DNA of 35,642 nucleotides from Sandaracinaceae bacterium (GTDB taxonomy: Bacteria > Myxococcota_A > Polyangia > Polyangiales > JADJQN01), in contig CANKOL010000009.1 in the NCBI GenBank assembly GCA_947483975.1, positions 1 to 35,642 on the forward strand, read 5' to 3'. The translations under genes were made by a program, and so were the position numbers. The notes under the pieces were generated by a model. That model did no database searches, was not told the DNA's origin, and worked only from the letters and a program-made list of their open reading frames with translations. Positions 1 through 9,017 of this stretch are shown one piece after another (position 1 is the stretch's first letter; each line of letters begins with the position of its first letter).

Positions 1-1
1 G

Positions 2-1735
2 CCCCGCCTCACGCGGCTCACGGCCTGCGTCGCGCCCCGCGGGCTCGCGCCCGTCCCGACGCTCGTCGCGCGGACGCTCCTCGACGCGCGGCGGGGGCAC
101 GTTCCCCTGCAGCGTGTCGAGCAGATCGAGGTCGAGGGTCGTCAGCGGCACGACGTGCCGACGCAGGCCGACGCCGACGCGCTCCATCGCGCGGGCGAGC
201 CCTACGCCGTCGAAGCAGGCGACGGGCGCGGTGCCCGGCACAGCCGCTTCTTCGCGGGCGCCAGAGAGCACCTGCCCAGTGGTGATGAGCCAGCCCGAGC
301 TCGCGCTGCCGTAGTGGTGGAGCGAACCACGCACCTCGATCACGCGCTCACGGCCGATCTCACGTCCATCGCGCCGCGCGACGATCGCGAGGCGGGTCTC
401 GTCGTGCCCGCGCTTGAGCGTGCCGGCGAGGTGAAGCTCGCCAGGCTGCGCGCCCGGACGACGCACGGCGCGGAGCGCCACGACGCCTTCGACGTTGAGC
501 CACGTGGCGAGCAACTCGGCGAAGCCCGCACCAGGCAGCTCACGCACGCGGCGCAGGAACGCCTGACGCACCTGCTCGCGCTGCCGATCAGCCGCGCGAA
601 CCGCGTCCTGCTCGAAGCGGACGGCCTCGGTCGGCAGCGACCAGTCGGTGAGCGTCACGCGCCCGAGCGTCATGCGGAAGCGCGGTCGAACGTTCTCGGC
701 CTCGCGACGGGCGATGTCCGCGCGGATCGCCGCGGCGATCGTCGGGATGAGCATGATGGGGTCGCCCGCGAGCCGACCGCGACGCACGAGCTGCTCCGCG
801 ACGCGCGCGAGCGGCTGCGCCTGACGGTCGAGGGCGGCGACGACGGCGTGAACCGCGTCCGCCAGGTCCTTGCCGACGAGCTCGCCGTCGGCGTGCTCGC
901 GGTTCGGGTCGCCGCGCATCGGCTCTTCGCGCAGGCGGTCCTCACGGAGCCCACGGTCGGGGCGGTCAGGGCGGTCGGGGCGGTCGGGGCGCTCCATGCG
1001 CTCACCGCGGTCGGGACGCTCCGCGCGGTCCGGACGCTCAGTGCGCTCGGGACGCTCGACGCGCGCAGGACGCTCGCCGCGCTCCGGGCGCTCGACGCGC
1101 GCAGGACGCTCCGCGCTCGCCTCGGCGCGCACCGGCTCTGGGCCAGCCTCGAGGCCATCGACCCCGCCCCGCCGCCGACGACGCCGACGACGGCGTCCGC
1201 CATCCCCTGCGAGCCCCTTGTCGCCGCCCTGCCCGGCCTTCTCTTCCTTGTCCAGGTTCCCGAGGATCGGCTCGTCGTCGTCCTCCTCTTCCGGGAAGAC
1301 GTCCGAGCCGGGGAGCGGCTTCGACGCGCGCTTGATGGGCTTCGCGGCGGCCTCGACCGGCTCCGCGGGCTCAGCGCCGTCGACGACCTCTGCTGTCTCG
1401 GTGCCCTCTTCGGCGGGCTCGGTCACATCAGCGGCCTCGAGCGAGGCCTCCTCGGCGGCAGCGCTCGGATCGTCCGGGAGCTCTGCGGCCGCCGCTTCGA
1501 TCACCTCGCGCCCAAAGTCACGCAGCCCGAACACGCCGGGCTTGACCTTGATGACGAGCGAGTCTGCTGCTTCCTTCTTCACGAGCGTCGCGAGGCGCGA
1601 CGACATCGTCACTTCGGGGGTCTTGCCCACGTGCGAGAGGAGATTCTTCTGAATCGCCAGCTCGGTGATCTTCTTGTAATGGAGAGGCTTACCGGTGAGA
1701 CGGAGTACCTCGATGGCTGCTTCCGTGAAAGTCAT
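2..1735 (-). CDS. HARE-HTH (RNAP delta-like wHTH) protein with acidic/Arg-rich disordered linker, probable second wHTH and C-terminal Mrr-like restriction-endonuclease fold; runs off the window's left edge (>=578 aa)
   Basis: Absent from the ORF track because it has no stop in the window. Hand translation from ATG 1735: MTFTEAAIEVLRLTGKPLHYKKITELAIQKNLLSHVGKTPEVTMSSRL...PGVFGL (HARE-HTH pattern). Later: ELPGAGFAELLATWL...GELHLAG...LAIVARR...IGRERVIEVRGSL...GWLITTG...AREEA...FDGVGLARAM...GVG (Mrr_cat-like layout). GC-rich third codon positions. Confidence 0.85.
   Translation of the reverse strand, partial: MTFTEAAIEVLRLTGKPLHYKKITELAIQKNLLSHVGKTPEVTMSSRLATLVKKEAADSLVIKVKPGVFGLRDFGREVIEAAAAELPDDPSAAAEEASLEAADVTEPAEEGTETAEVVDGAEPAEPVEAAAKPIKRASKPLPGSDVFPEEEDDDEPILGNLDKEEKAGQGGDKGLAGDGGRRRRRRRRRGGVDGLEAGPEPVRAEASAERPARVERPERGERPARVERPERTERPDRAERPDRGERMERPDRPDRPDRPDRGLREDRLREEPMRGDPNREHADGELVGKDLADAVHAVVAALDRQAQPLARVAEQLVRRGRLAGDPIMLIPTIAAAIRADIARREAENVRPRFRMTLGRVTLTDWSLPTEAVRFEQDAVRAADRQREQVRQAFLRRVRELPGAGFAELLATWLNVEGVVALRAVRRPGAQPGELHLAGTLKRGHDETRLAIVARRDGREIGRERVIEVRGSLHHYGSASSGWLITTGQVLSGAREEAAVPGTAPVACFDGVGLARAMERVGVGLRRHVVPLTTLDLDLLDTLQGNVPPPRVEERPRDERRDGREPAGRDAGREPREAG
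948..1113 (-). repeat. Coding 9-bp-period repeat ([ED]RP-type units) including a 23-bp direct repeat
   Basis: Encodes ERPARVERPERGERPARVERPERTERPDRAERPDRGERMERPDRPDRPDRPDR; cgctcgacgcgcgcaggacgctc occurs at 1053-1075 and 1089-1111. Confidence 0.8.
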
Positions 1736-2083
1736 TCGCGCGAGTCTCGGGGATGGAGATGGAACCGAAGCCGGGACGGTCGCTTCTCAACGACACCGGG
1801 AGCTGCGGCGCGCCGTGACCCTTTACACGGGCTGCGCAAGCGGTGCTCCCGACGGGGACGCTCTGCCCGAAATGCTCTGCGACGTGCGCTGAGGCGCGCG
1901 TCACGAGAGTCTCTGGGTAGTGAGCGAGTTCCACACCGGCGGGCGGACCGTATCACCCGCCTCCAATCGCCGCCAGTGCCGCCCGGCCTCGGCGCGCGCC
2001 GGGGCTTCTCCGCGAGGCTTCCGCGTGCCACCTTGCGGAGCCCGCCAACGGGCTGATCGACGAACCGCTCCACAGAGGAACGC

Positions 2084-2362
2084 ATGGCCACGATCGACAT
2101 CAAACGCACCCACGCCCTCGGCAAAGAGAAGGCGCGCGCCGCCGCGCAGCAAGTCGCGGAGCGTCTCAAGGACAAGATCGACGCGACCTACCACTGGGAC
2201 GGCGACGACCTCCGCTTCGAGCGCACCGGCGCCAAGGGACGGATCGCCGTGAGCGCGACCGAGGTGCGAATCGAGATCGACCTGAGCCTCCTGCTGCGCC
2301 CTCTGAAGGGGAAGCTCGAGGAGAAGGCGAAGCAGTACCTCGACGAGTATCTCGTCCCCTGA
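2084..2362 (+). CDS. Polyhydroxyalkanoic acid system family protein (PHA_gran_rgn-like), 92 aa
   Basis: MATIDIKRTHALGKEKARAAAQQVAERL...WDGDDLRFERTGAKG...LSLLLRPLKGKLE matches the family pattern; AGAGGA RBS upstream. Confidence 0.85.
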   Translation: MATIDIKRTHALGKEKARAAAQQVAERLKDKIDATYHWDGDDLRFERTGAKGRIAVSATEVRIEIDLSLLLRPLKGKLEEKAKQYLDEYLVP

Positions 2363-2500
2363 GCCTCTCGCCCTGCGCCAGCGCGTTTCTTGACCGCCCC
2401 TGGATCGGCTGATATCCGGGTGTCACTCGAGCAGCAGGTGCGCGTCTCCCATGACACGCGCCGCGGCGTCGAGCGACGGAAACGCCTGCGTTTCTGGCCA

Positions 2501-2516
2501 TGGCGCGGTTAACGCA
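2501..2516 (+). promoter_or_regulatory. Possible sigma54 -24/-12 promoter for ddl
   Basis: TGGCGCG-GTTA-ACGCA has the correct GG-N10-GC spacing and lies 51 nt before the ATG; the -12 box is imperfect. Confidence 0.4.
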
Positions 2517-2567
2517 CAGGCAGCTCGCAGGCCCTAGCCCACACCCGGCAGACGAAGGAGACGAGCG

Positions 2568-3554
2568 ATGAAGAGCAAGCGCATCGGAGTCCTCATGGGA
2601 GGCCTCAGCTCGGAGCGAGAGGTGTCGATCAAGACCGGCGACGCGATCTTCGACGCGCTGATCTCGCGCGGCTACGACGCCGTGAAGATCTACGTCGACC
2701 GCGACATCGACCGCGTGCTCCGGCAGACGCCGATCGATCTCGCCTTCCTGGCGCTGCATGGGACGTACGGCGAGGACGGCTGCATCCAGGGGCTGCTCGA
2801 GCTCTTCGGCATTCCGTACACCGGCTCAGGCGTGCTCGCGAGCGCGCTCGCGATGGACAAGCTGAAGGCGAAGGAGCTGTTCCGCCTGCACAACGTGCCG
2901 ACGCCGCCGTACTACAACGTCGACGCGCGTCAGCTCGACGACCTCGAGGAGCTGCACGGCTCGTTCGGCTTCCCTGCGTTCGTGAAGCCGCGCCGTCAGG
3001 GCTCGAGCGTCGGCGCGGGCAAGGCGACGAACCTGAGCGAGCTGCGCGCGCTCGCGGAGCAAGCCGCGCGCTTCGACAAGAACGTGCTCGTCGAGCGCTT
3101 CGTCGCGGGGCGTGAGGTCACCGTCGGCGTGCTCGATGGGCGGGCGCTCGGCGCGCTCGAGATCGTGCCGAAGTCCGGCGTCTACGACTACAAGTCGAAG
3201 TACACGAAGGGCGCGAGCGAGTACATCTTCCCCGCGCGCCTGACGCCGACTCGCTACAAGGGCGTGATGAACCTCGCCGAGCGCGCGAGCCGCTGCCTCG
3301 GCTGCACGGGCGCGACGCGCGTCGACCTGCTCGTCACCGAGGGCGAGAACGAGTACGTGCTCGAGGTCAACACGCTGCCCGGCATGACCCCGACGTCGCT
3401 GCTGCCGAAGATCGCTGCGGGCTCGGGCTATGATTTCCCTGCGCTTTGCGAGGCGATCTTGCAGTCCGCGGGCAACGAGATCATGCCGGCGGAGGGCGCG
3501 TTCTCAGGCGAGTCGCCGCGGGCCGCCGCGGGCGAGACGCTCCGCGCCGACTGA
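2568..3554 (+). CDS. ddl: D-alanine--D-alanine ligase
   Basis: GGLSSEREVS, LHGTYGEDGCIQG, PYTGSGVLASALAMDK, VKP..QGSSVG, YDYKSKY and LEVNTLPGMTPTSLLP motifs; GAAGGAG RBS. Confidence 0.96.
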   Translation: MKSKRIGVLMGGLSSEREVSIKTGDAIFDALISRGYDAVKIYVDRDIDRVLRQTPIDLAFLALHGTYGEDGCIQGLLELFGIPYTGSGVLASALAMDKLKAKELFRLHNVPTPPYYNVDARQLDDLEELHGSFGFPAFVKPRRQGSSVGAGKATNLSELRALAEQAARFDKNVLVERFVAGREVTVGVLDGRALGALEIVPKSGVYDYKSKYTKGASEYIFPARLTPTRYKGVMNLAERASRCLGCTGATRVDLLVTEGENEYVLEVNTLPGMTPTSLLPKIAAGSGYDFPALCEAILQSAGNEIMPAEGAFSGESPRAAAGETLRAD

Positions 3555-3576
3555 CCCTCGGCGCTCGCGCGCGCGC

Positions 3577-4377
3577 TCAAAACCCGCGGTAAACGGGCTT
3601 GCGCTTCTCCGCAAAGGCGGCGAGGGCCTCGAGTCGGTCCTGCGAGTCGAGCGTGCGCTCGTAGCAGGCGCGCTCATGCGACAAGCCCTGCTCGAGGGGC
3701 ATATCCGCCGCGGCGTCGAGGGCCGCGAGCGCTGCCGCGATGGCGATCGGCGCCGCGTGCGCGAGAGGCGCGATCAGCGCGAGGGCGCAGTCGAGCGCCG
3801 ACTCGCCCTCCCCGGTCACCCGATTGACCAAGCCGTAGGCGAGCGCCGTCGGGGCGTCGAGTCGCTGCGCGAGCAGCACCATCTCCTTGGCGCGCGCGAG
3901 CCCCACGATGCGCGGCAACCGCTGCGTGCCGCCAGCACCCGGGATGATCGCGAGCGACGTCTCGGTGAGCCCAACCTGCGCGCTCCGGCTCATCACGCGC
4001 AGATCGCAGGCGAGCGCTAGCTCGAGACCACCACCGAACGCCACGCCGTTGATCGCCGCGACGACAGGCACGGGGAGCGCGTCGATCGCGCCGAACGACG
4101 CGCGATAGAGCGGCAGGAACTCGCGCACCTCCTCGAGGGACATCGACTGCCGCTCCTTGAGGTCGGCGCCCGCGCAGAACGCCTTCTCGCCTGCGCCGGT
4201 GAGCACGACGCCGCGCAGCCCCTCGTCCCTCACCGCGGCGCGCGCGAGTCGCCCGAGCTCGCGCAGGACCGCGCGAGAGAGCGCGTTCATTCTGTCAGGG
4301 CGGTCGAGCGTCCAAATCGCGAAAGGACCGCGGCGCGTGACGCTCACGCCGGAATCGGAAGCAGGCTCGTGGCTCAT
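3577..4377 (-). CDS. Enoyl-CoA hydratase/isomerase (crotonase family, methylglutaconyl-CoA hydratase-like)
   Basis: LDRPDRMNAL, AFCAGADLKER, PVVAAINGVAFGGGLELALACD, GLTETSLAIIPGAGGTQRLPR and EKRKPVY motifs. Confidence 0.93.
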   Translation of the reverse strand: MSHEPASDSGVSVTRRGPFAIWTLDRPDRMNALSRAVLRELGRLARAAVRDEGLRGVVLTGAGEKAFCAGADLKERQSMSLEEVREFLPLYRASFGAIDALPVPVVAAINGVAFGGGLELALACDLRVMSRSAQVGLTETSLAIIPGAGGTQRLPRIVGLARAKEMVLLAQRLDAPTALAYGLVNRVTGEGESALDCALALIAPLAHAAPIAIAAALAALDAAADMPLEQGLSHERACYERTLDSQDRLEALAAFAEKRKPVYRGF

Positions 4378-4385
4378 GGTCGGCG

Positions 4386-4391
4386 AATCTA
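4386..4391 (-). promoter_or_regulatory. Putative -10 box (TAGATT) 8 nt before the enoyl-CoA hydratase ATG; leaderless-type
   Basis: Minus strand reads TAGATT-CGCCGACC-ATG; no SD sequence visible. Confidence 0.45.
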
Positions 4392-4428
4392 CCAGCGACG
4401 AGCGACGATGTCGGCGGTATCCGCCGAC

Positions 4429-5157
4429 TCAGAACGAAGTCGGGAGCAGCACGCACCCACCCGACTGTGCGCAGTACTCGTCGAGCTGCCCCGGCTTCGT
4501 CGCGGTGAGCACGACGACCAGAGCGATGCCGACCGCGAGCGCGAGCGCCCCGCCGCCGATCGCGATCCACGTCCACGGCTTCTCGTACCAGTTGGTGGGC
4601 TCGGCTCGGACGCGCGTCGGGTCTTGGTCGGCCGCGAGCTGCACGAGCGGAAGCGCGAGCTGGATCCGCTCTCCTGGCGTACCGGTCGCCTGCCGGATGA
4701 TCTCCTCGTAGCCCGCGAGGTGCACACGCAGCGAGTGCGGCCCGTCGCCGAGATCGAAGTCGCCCGGCGTCGAGCCCACGAACCGCCCATCGACGAAGAG
4801 CTGAGCACCGGCAGGAGTCGTCTCGACGTGCAGCACCGCCGACACCGCGATCAGCTCGACCTCTACGCTGGCGTCCGCACCCACGGTGACGGTGACGACG
4901 TCGGTGAAGTCCGTGAAGCCTGGCTGCGTCACGCGCACGGTGTGATCGCCCGGCGGCAACGCGCGCGGCTCGATCGGCAAGGTGCCGACGTTCTCCTCGT
5001 CGATGAACACCTGCGCGCCCTGCTGCTGCGAGAGGATGACGATCCGTCCTGTTCGAGCGCGCGCGCGCTGGCCGAGCGCGCTCTGCGGGCCACAGAGCAG
5101 CGCGAGCGAGGCGACCATCAGAGAGAACGAGAAGGCAGCGAGTCGAAGCACGTTCAC
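4429..5157 (-). CDS. Exported PEGA-domain protein (2 PEGA) with C-terminal membrane anchor, about 242 aa
   Basis: Signal-like N-terminus from GTG 5157; GAQVFIDEENVGTLP...PGDHTVRV and ETTPAGAQLFVDGRFVGSTP...GPHSLRV; myxobacterial-type WYEKPWTWIAIGGG plus hydrophobic helix. Confidence 0.85.
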   Translation of the reverse strand: MNVLRLAAFSFSLMVASLALLCGPQSALGQRARARTGRIVILSQQQGAQVFIDEENVGTLPIEPRALPPGDHTVRVTQPGFTDFTDVVTVTVGADASVEVELIAVSAVLHVETTPAGAQLFVDGRFVGSTPGDFDLGDGPHSLRVHLAGYEEIIRQATGTPGERIQLALPLVQLAADQDPTRVRAEPTNWYEKPWTWIAIGGGALALAVGIALVVVLTATKPGQLDEYCAQSGGCVLLPTSF

Positions 5158-5163
5158 GGCGTG

Positions 5164-5193
5164 ATCGTACGGAGTCGAGTGCGGCCCCGTCAA
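5164..5193 (-). promoter_or_regulatory. Sigma70-type promoter abutting the PEGA gene start (leaderless)
   Basis: Minus strand: TTGACG-N18-TACGAT-N6-GTG. Confidence 0.6.
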
Positions 5194-5259
5194 CGCGGAT
5201 CGCCCCGCGACGCGCGCACGCTTCTACCGTGGGACGGAGAGGCGTGCGAGGCTGCGCGC

Positions 5260-6678
<1,419 letters not shown>

Positions 6679-6757
6679 CGCTCGGCGACGGTCCCGTGTA
6701 AGCTCGGGGCTTTCCAGGTCGTAGCAGCGCTGTGCGCGCAGAGGGGTCGAAGATGCC

Positions 6758-6773
6758 TGGCTCAACGCTTGCT
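6758..6773 (+). promoter_or_regulatory. Sigma54 -24/-12 promoter of the first pilin
   Basis: TGGCTCA-ACGC-TTGCT, with the GTG start 12 nt after the motif. Confidence 0.65.
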
Positions 6774-6785
6774 GACCATCGGGCC

Positions 6786-7313
6786 GTGACGACACCGAAC
6801 GCGCGCTCCCGGGCTGGCTTCTCGCTGATCGAGCTCATGATCGTCGTGGCGATCATCGGCATCTTGGCTGCGATCGCCATCCCGGCGTTCCAGACCTATG
6901 TGCAGAAATCGAAGACGACGGAGGCGACGACCTTCATCGGTGAGATTCGCCAGCGCGAGGAGTCGTACCGAGCCGAGTTCGGCGCGTACTGCGCAGCGCC
7001 GGTCGCGCCCCGCGCCGCGCCCGACCGCCTCAGCGCGCTGTGGACGGTGGCCGCGGGCTCGCCGTGGAACCAGCTCGGGGCGAGCCCCGACAGCGCCGTG
7101 CGCTTCACCTACCTCGTGCTCGCCGGCGCGCCCGGCACGGCTGGCCCGGGCGGCTCCGGGATCACCGGCAACGACTTCTGGTACGTCGTGCGCGCGACGG
7201 GCGACCTCGACGGCGACGGAACGCAGGTCGTCTTCGAGACGTACTCCGCGAGCTCGAGCGTGTGGGTAGGAAACCCGGCGACGGGCGCGACGAACGCCGC
7301 CGGCTGGGAGTGA
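6786..7313 (+). CDS. Type IV prepilin (divergent pilin 1), about 175 aa
   Basis: Cleavage site [25 protein letters not shown] (Glu5, Pro22); GDLDGDG motif. Start placed at GTG 6786 because the upstream starts precede the sigma54 motif. Confidence 0.9.
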   Translation: MTTPNARSRAGFSLIELMIVVAIIGILAAIAIPAFQTYVQKSKTTEATTFIGEIRQREESYRAEFGAYCAAPVAPRAAPDRLSALWTVAAGSPWNQLGASPDSAVRFTYLVLAGAPGTAGPGGSGITGNDFWYVVRATGDLDGDGTQVVFETYSASSSVWVGNPATGATNAAGWE

Positions 7314-7357
7314 CGTTTCTCGTCACCCGCGGCCCAGCCGAGGGACAAAGAGTGTCA
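7311..7357. promoter_or_regulatory. Paired palindromes, candidate enhancer (PilR UAS) for pilA copy 1
   Basis: TGACG-N5-CGTCA (7311-7325) and GGACA-N5-TGTCA (7343-7357), 32 bp apart, about 149 and 117 nt upstream of the predicted sigma54 start. Confidence 0.55.
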
Positions 7358-7440
7358 CCTCGCGGACCGAACGGCCCGGAAACACGCGAAAGCGAGCGTC
7401 CCGCTAGCCGTTCTTGGGCGCAATCACCCTTCCCTCGGTG

Positions 7441-7456
7441 TGGCACGGACCGTGCT
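7441..7456 (+). promoter_or_regulatory. Sigma54 promoter of pilA copy 1
   Basis: TGGCACG-GACC-GTGCT. Confidence 0.8.
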
Positions 7457-7508
7457 GTAGTTATCCGATAGTCGTGTGGCTGATAGCCCGCGCGAGGAGA
7501 TTTTCCCC

Positions 7509-8057
7509 ATGATGACCAAGCTGCTCCAGAAGAAGAAGTCCGGTTTCACCCTCATCGAGCTCATGATCGTCGTCGCGATCATCGGCATCCTCGCGGCGAT
7601 CGCGATCCCGGCGTTCATCGGCTACGTCAAGAGCGCCAAGACCTCCGAGGCGACGGGCAACCTGAACGCCATCTTCAAGCGCGCGGTCAGCTACTACAAC
7701 GTCGAGCGCGCTGCGCAGGGCATCACCGCGGCAATCCAGGGCAACTGCGTCGTCTCGAACGTCGCGCGCCTCCCGGGCACGCCTGGCTCGACGAAGCAGC
7801 AGTACGATTTCACGACGGAAGCCAACTTCAACGCGCTCGGCTTCGCGATCGCGGACTTCATCTACTACGGCTACGGCATCTCGGGCGCCACGGCGGGCTG
7901 CGGCAAGACGGCCGGCGCGTCGCTCTACACCTTCTTCGCCAACGGCGACCTCGACGGCGACTCGACCTTCTCGACGTTCGAGCTCGCCACGGGCAGCAGC
8001 GTCGGCAACGAGCTTTACCACTCGCGCGGCTTCTTCATCGTGAACGAGATCGAGTAA
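7509..8057 (+). CDS. pilA: Type IVa pilin, probable major pilin, copy 1 (182 aa)
   Basis: [43 protein letters not shown], own sigma54 promoter and terminator, strongly biased codon usage, two Cys, GDLDGD motif. Confidence 0.9.
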   Translation: MMTKLLQKKKSGFTLIELMIVVAIIGILAAIAIPAFIGYVKSAKTSEATGNLNAIFKRAVSYYNVERAAQGITAAIQGNCVVSNVARLPGTPGSTKQQYDFTTEANFNALGFAIADFIYYGYGISGATAGCGKTAGASLYTFFANGDLDGDSTFSTFELATGSSVGNELYHSRGFFIVNEIE

Positions 8058-8107
8058 GCCCCAACCGGCGCGCCTCGCGCGCTCCGGCTCGAAGAAGCTC
8101 GGTTCAA

Positions 8108-8150
8108 GACAAGCCCTCGACGCTCTCCGCGTCGGGGGTTTTGTCGTTTT
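8108..8150 (+). terminator. Intrinsic terminator after pilA copy 1
   Basis: AAGCCCTCGACGC-TCTCC-GCGTCGGGGG followed by TTTTGTCGTTTT. Confidence 0.8.
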
Positions 8151-8230
8151 GGGGTGCCTCGCGGGCGGCGCTCACGACTGGACCAGACCGAGTCAGGCTT
8201 TCCGTTTATGCGGCAGACTTCCGCTTGAAG

Positions 8231-8246
8231 TGGCACGGTGTGTGCT
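8231..8246 (+). promoter_or_regulatory. Sigma54 promoter of pilA copy 2
   Basis: TGGCACG-GTGT-GTGCT. Confidence 0.78.
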
Positions 8247-8319
8247 CTATCTTTGGGCACTCTCACTTCGAATCGCAACCTCGCGAGGCTCAACGCGCGC
8301 GCCAGGAGACGCTCCCCCC

Positions 8320-8865
8320 ATGATCACCAAACTGCTCCAGAAGAAGTCCGGTTTCACCCTCATCGAGCTCATGATCGTCGTCGCGATCATCGGCATCCTC
8401 GCTGCGATCGCCATCCCGGCGTTCATCGGCTACGTCAAGAGCGCCAAGACGTCCGAGGCGACGGGCAACCTGAACGCCATCTTCAAGCGCGCGGTCAGCT
8501 ACTACAACGTCGAGCGCGCTGCGCAGGGCATCACCGCGGCAATCCAGGGCAACTGCGTCGTCTCGAACGTCGGGCGCCTCCCGGGCACGCCTGGCTCGAC
8601 GAAGCAACAGTACGATTTCACGACGGAAGCCAACTTCAACGCGCTCGGCTTCGCGATCGCGGACTTCATCTACTTCGGCTACGGCATCTCGGGCGCCACG
8701 GCGGGCTGCGGCAAGACCGCCGGCGCGTCGCTCTACACCTTCTTCGCCAACGGCGACCTCGACGGCGACTCGACCTTCTCGACGTTCGAGCTCGCCACGG
8801 GCAGCAGCGCCGGCAACGAGCTTTACCACTCGCGCGGCTTCTTCATCGTGAACCAGATCGAGTAG
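8320..8865 (+). CDS. pilA: Type IVa pilin copy 2 (181 aa), near-identical to copy 1
   Basis: MITKLLQKKSG|FTLIEL...; AGGAG RBS; the 170-aa mature protein differs from copy 1 at 4 residues. Confidence 0.9.
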   Translation: MITKLLQKKSGFTLIELMIVVAIIGILAAIAIPAFIGYVKSAKTSEATGNLNAIFKRAVSYYNVERAAQGITAAIQGNCVVSNVGRLPGTPGSTKQQYDFTTEANFNALGFAIADFIYFGYGISGATAGCGKTAGASLYTFFANGDLDGDSTFSTFELATGSSAGNELYHSRGFFIVNQIE

Positions 8866-8930
8866 CGCCCGGCCTCGGGCGCCTCGACGGCGTCGACGCG
8901 GTGGCCCCCAATTGTCGTCCAGCACACCTG

Positions 8931-8960
8931 AAGCCCTCGACGCGCCCCGGCGTCGGGGGC
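8931..8960 (+). terminator. Hairpin homologous to the 8108 terminator but lacking the U-tract
   Basis: AAGCCCTCGACGC-GCCCCG-GCGTCGGGGGC followed by ATCGTTGTCT. Confidence 0.55.
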
Positions 8961-9017
8961 ATCGTTGTCTCCGCTGTTGCCATTTGTGGCGACGTCGGCG
9001 GAAGGACGCGAAGATAC

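Noticed and set aside
155..2056. 633-aa plus-strand ORF
   Set aside because: Codon-register antisense shadow of the real minus-strand HARE-HTH gene; no recognisable motifs.
2568..3554. Van-type glycopeptide resistance ligase
   Set aside because: The omega loop keeps Tyr (YDYKSKY) and no van genes are nearby.
4369..5259. N-terminal ~297-aa extension of the PilR ORF
   Set aside because: Antisense to the PEGA gene; the receiver domain starts at ATG 5260.
7509..8865. Diversity-generating retroelement template/variable repeat pair
   Set aside because: Differences are not adenine-specific, both copies are intact genes with promoters, and no reverse transcriptase is in the window.
8902..8917. Sigma54 promoter for pilin 4 (TGGCCCCCAATTGTCG)
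   Set aside because: No GC at the required GG-N10 position.
8238..9017. Extension fusing an upstream frame to pilin 4 (445 aa)
   Set aside because: Off-frame read of pilA copy 2; a prepilin leader begins at ATG 9018.
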